25,233 nt of DNA from a virus (lineage: Duplodnaviria; Caudoviricetes): positions 1 through 25,233 of the IMG/VR virus record IMGVR_UViG_3300005804_000005; one strand, given 5' to 3'. Below the pieces are notes generated by a model. That model had not been told where the DNA came from, did no database searches, and saw only the letters and a list, made by a program, of their open reading frames with translations. The position numbers were made by a program, and so were the translations under genes. Positions 25,141 through 25,233 of this stretch are shown here, piece by piece (the first letter of the stretch is position 1; each line of letters begins with the position of its first letter).

Positions 25141-25233
25141 TGGGGCGGGCCAAAAACTCCAGGCTGGACGCATCAACCATGTCCGGTAGGCCGTAAGGCC
25201 GAAAGGCAAAACACACGACGGAGGGGACGGGGA

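Larger units (their letters stand above)
1..25233 (+). mobile_element. Phage/prophage segment, BPP-1-like podovirus organisation (replication, lysis, packaging, head, tail, ejection, DGR)
   Basis: Continuous co-oriented, often ATGA-overlapping genes with recognisable terminase, portal, capsid, tail and endolysin motifs. No host genes, integrase or att site visible in the window. Confidence 0.97.
23440..25233 (+). mobile_element. Diversity-generating retroelement (partial: target gene, VR and TR; RT and accessory gene not in window)
   Basis: Adenine-specific VR/TR divergence plus a CLec-type target protein in a phage tail module. Confidence 0.9.

Noticed and set aside
24698-25189. 163-aa ORF running through the TR and encoding a copy of the Mtd C-terminus
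   Set aside because: It overlaps the mtd gene out of frame and has no clear RBS. The Asn-rich similarity is simply the TR read in the target frame, which is open by construction.

Overview
The whole window is a piece of a GC-rich, probably temperate, podovirus-type phage or prophage, with all real genes on the + strand. Its organisation resembles Bordetella phage BPP-1 and T7-like morphogenesis modules. In order: a replication initiator with an internal origin-like iteron array, small early/middle genes (Zn-finger protein, an HU-like protein lacking its arm, VRR-NUC nuclease, HTH protein), a lysis cassette (SLT endolysin, two holin-like genes, a phospholipase A2-like gene), terminase small and large subunits, portal, scaffold, major capsid, cement, tail adaptor and nozzle, internal/ejection proteins including a ~1690-aa multidomain protein, a tail fibre, and an Mtd-like receptor-binding protein. 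The strongest signal is a diversity-generating retroelement (DGR) at the 3' end. A 121-bp variable repeat (24836-24956) at the end of the Mtd-like gene is followed 63 bp later by a template repeat (25020-25140). All 20 differences between them fall on template adenines. No reverse transcriptase or Avd gene is in the window; they would be expected downstream. All product calls come from manual motif and synteny recognition, not database searches.
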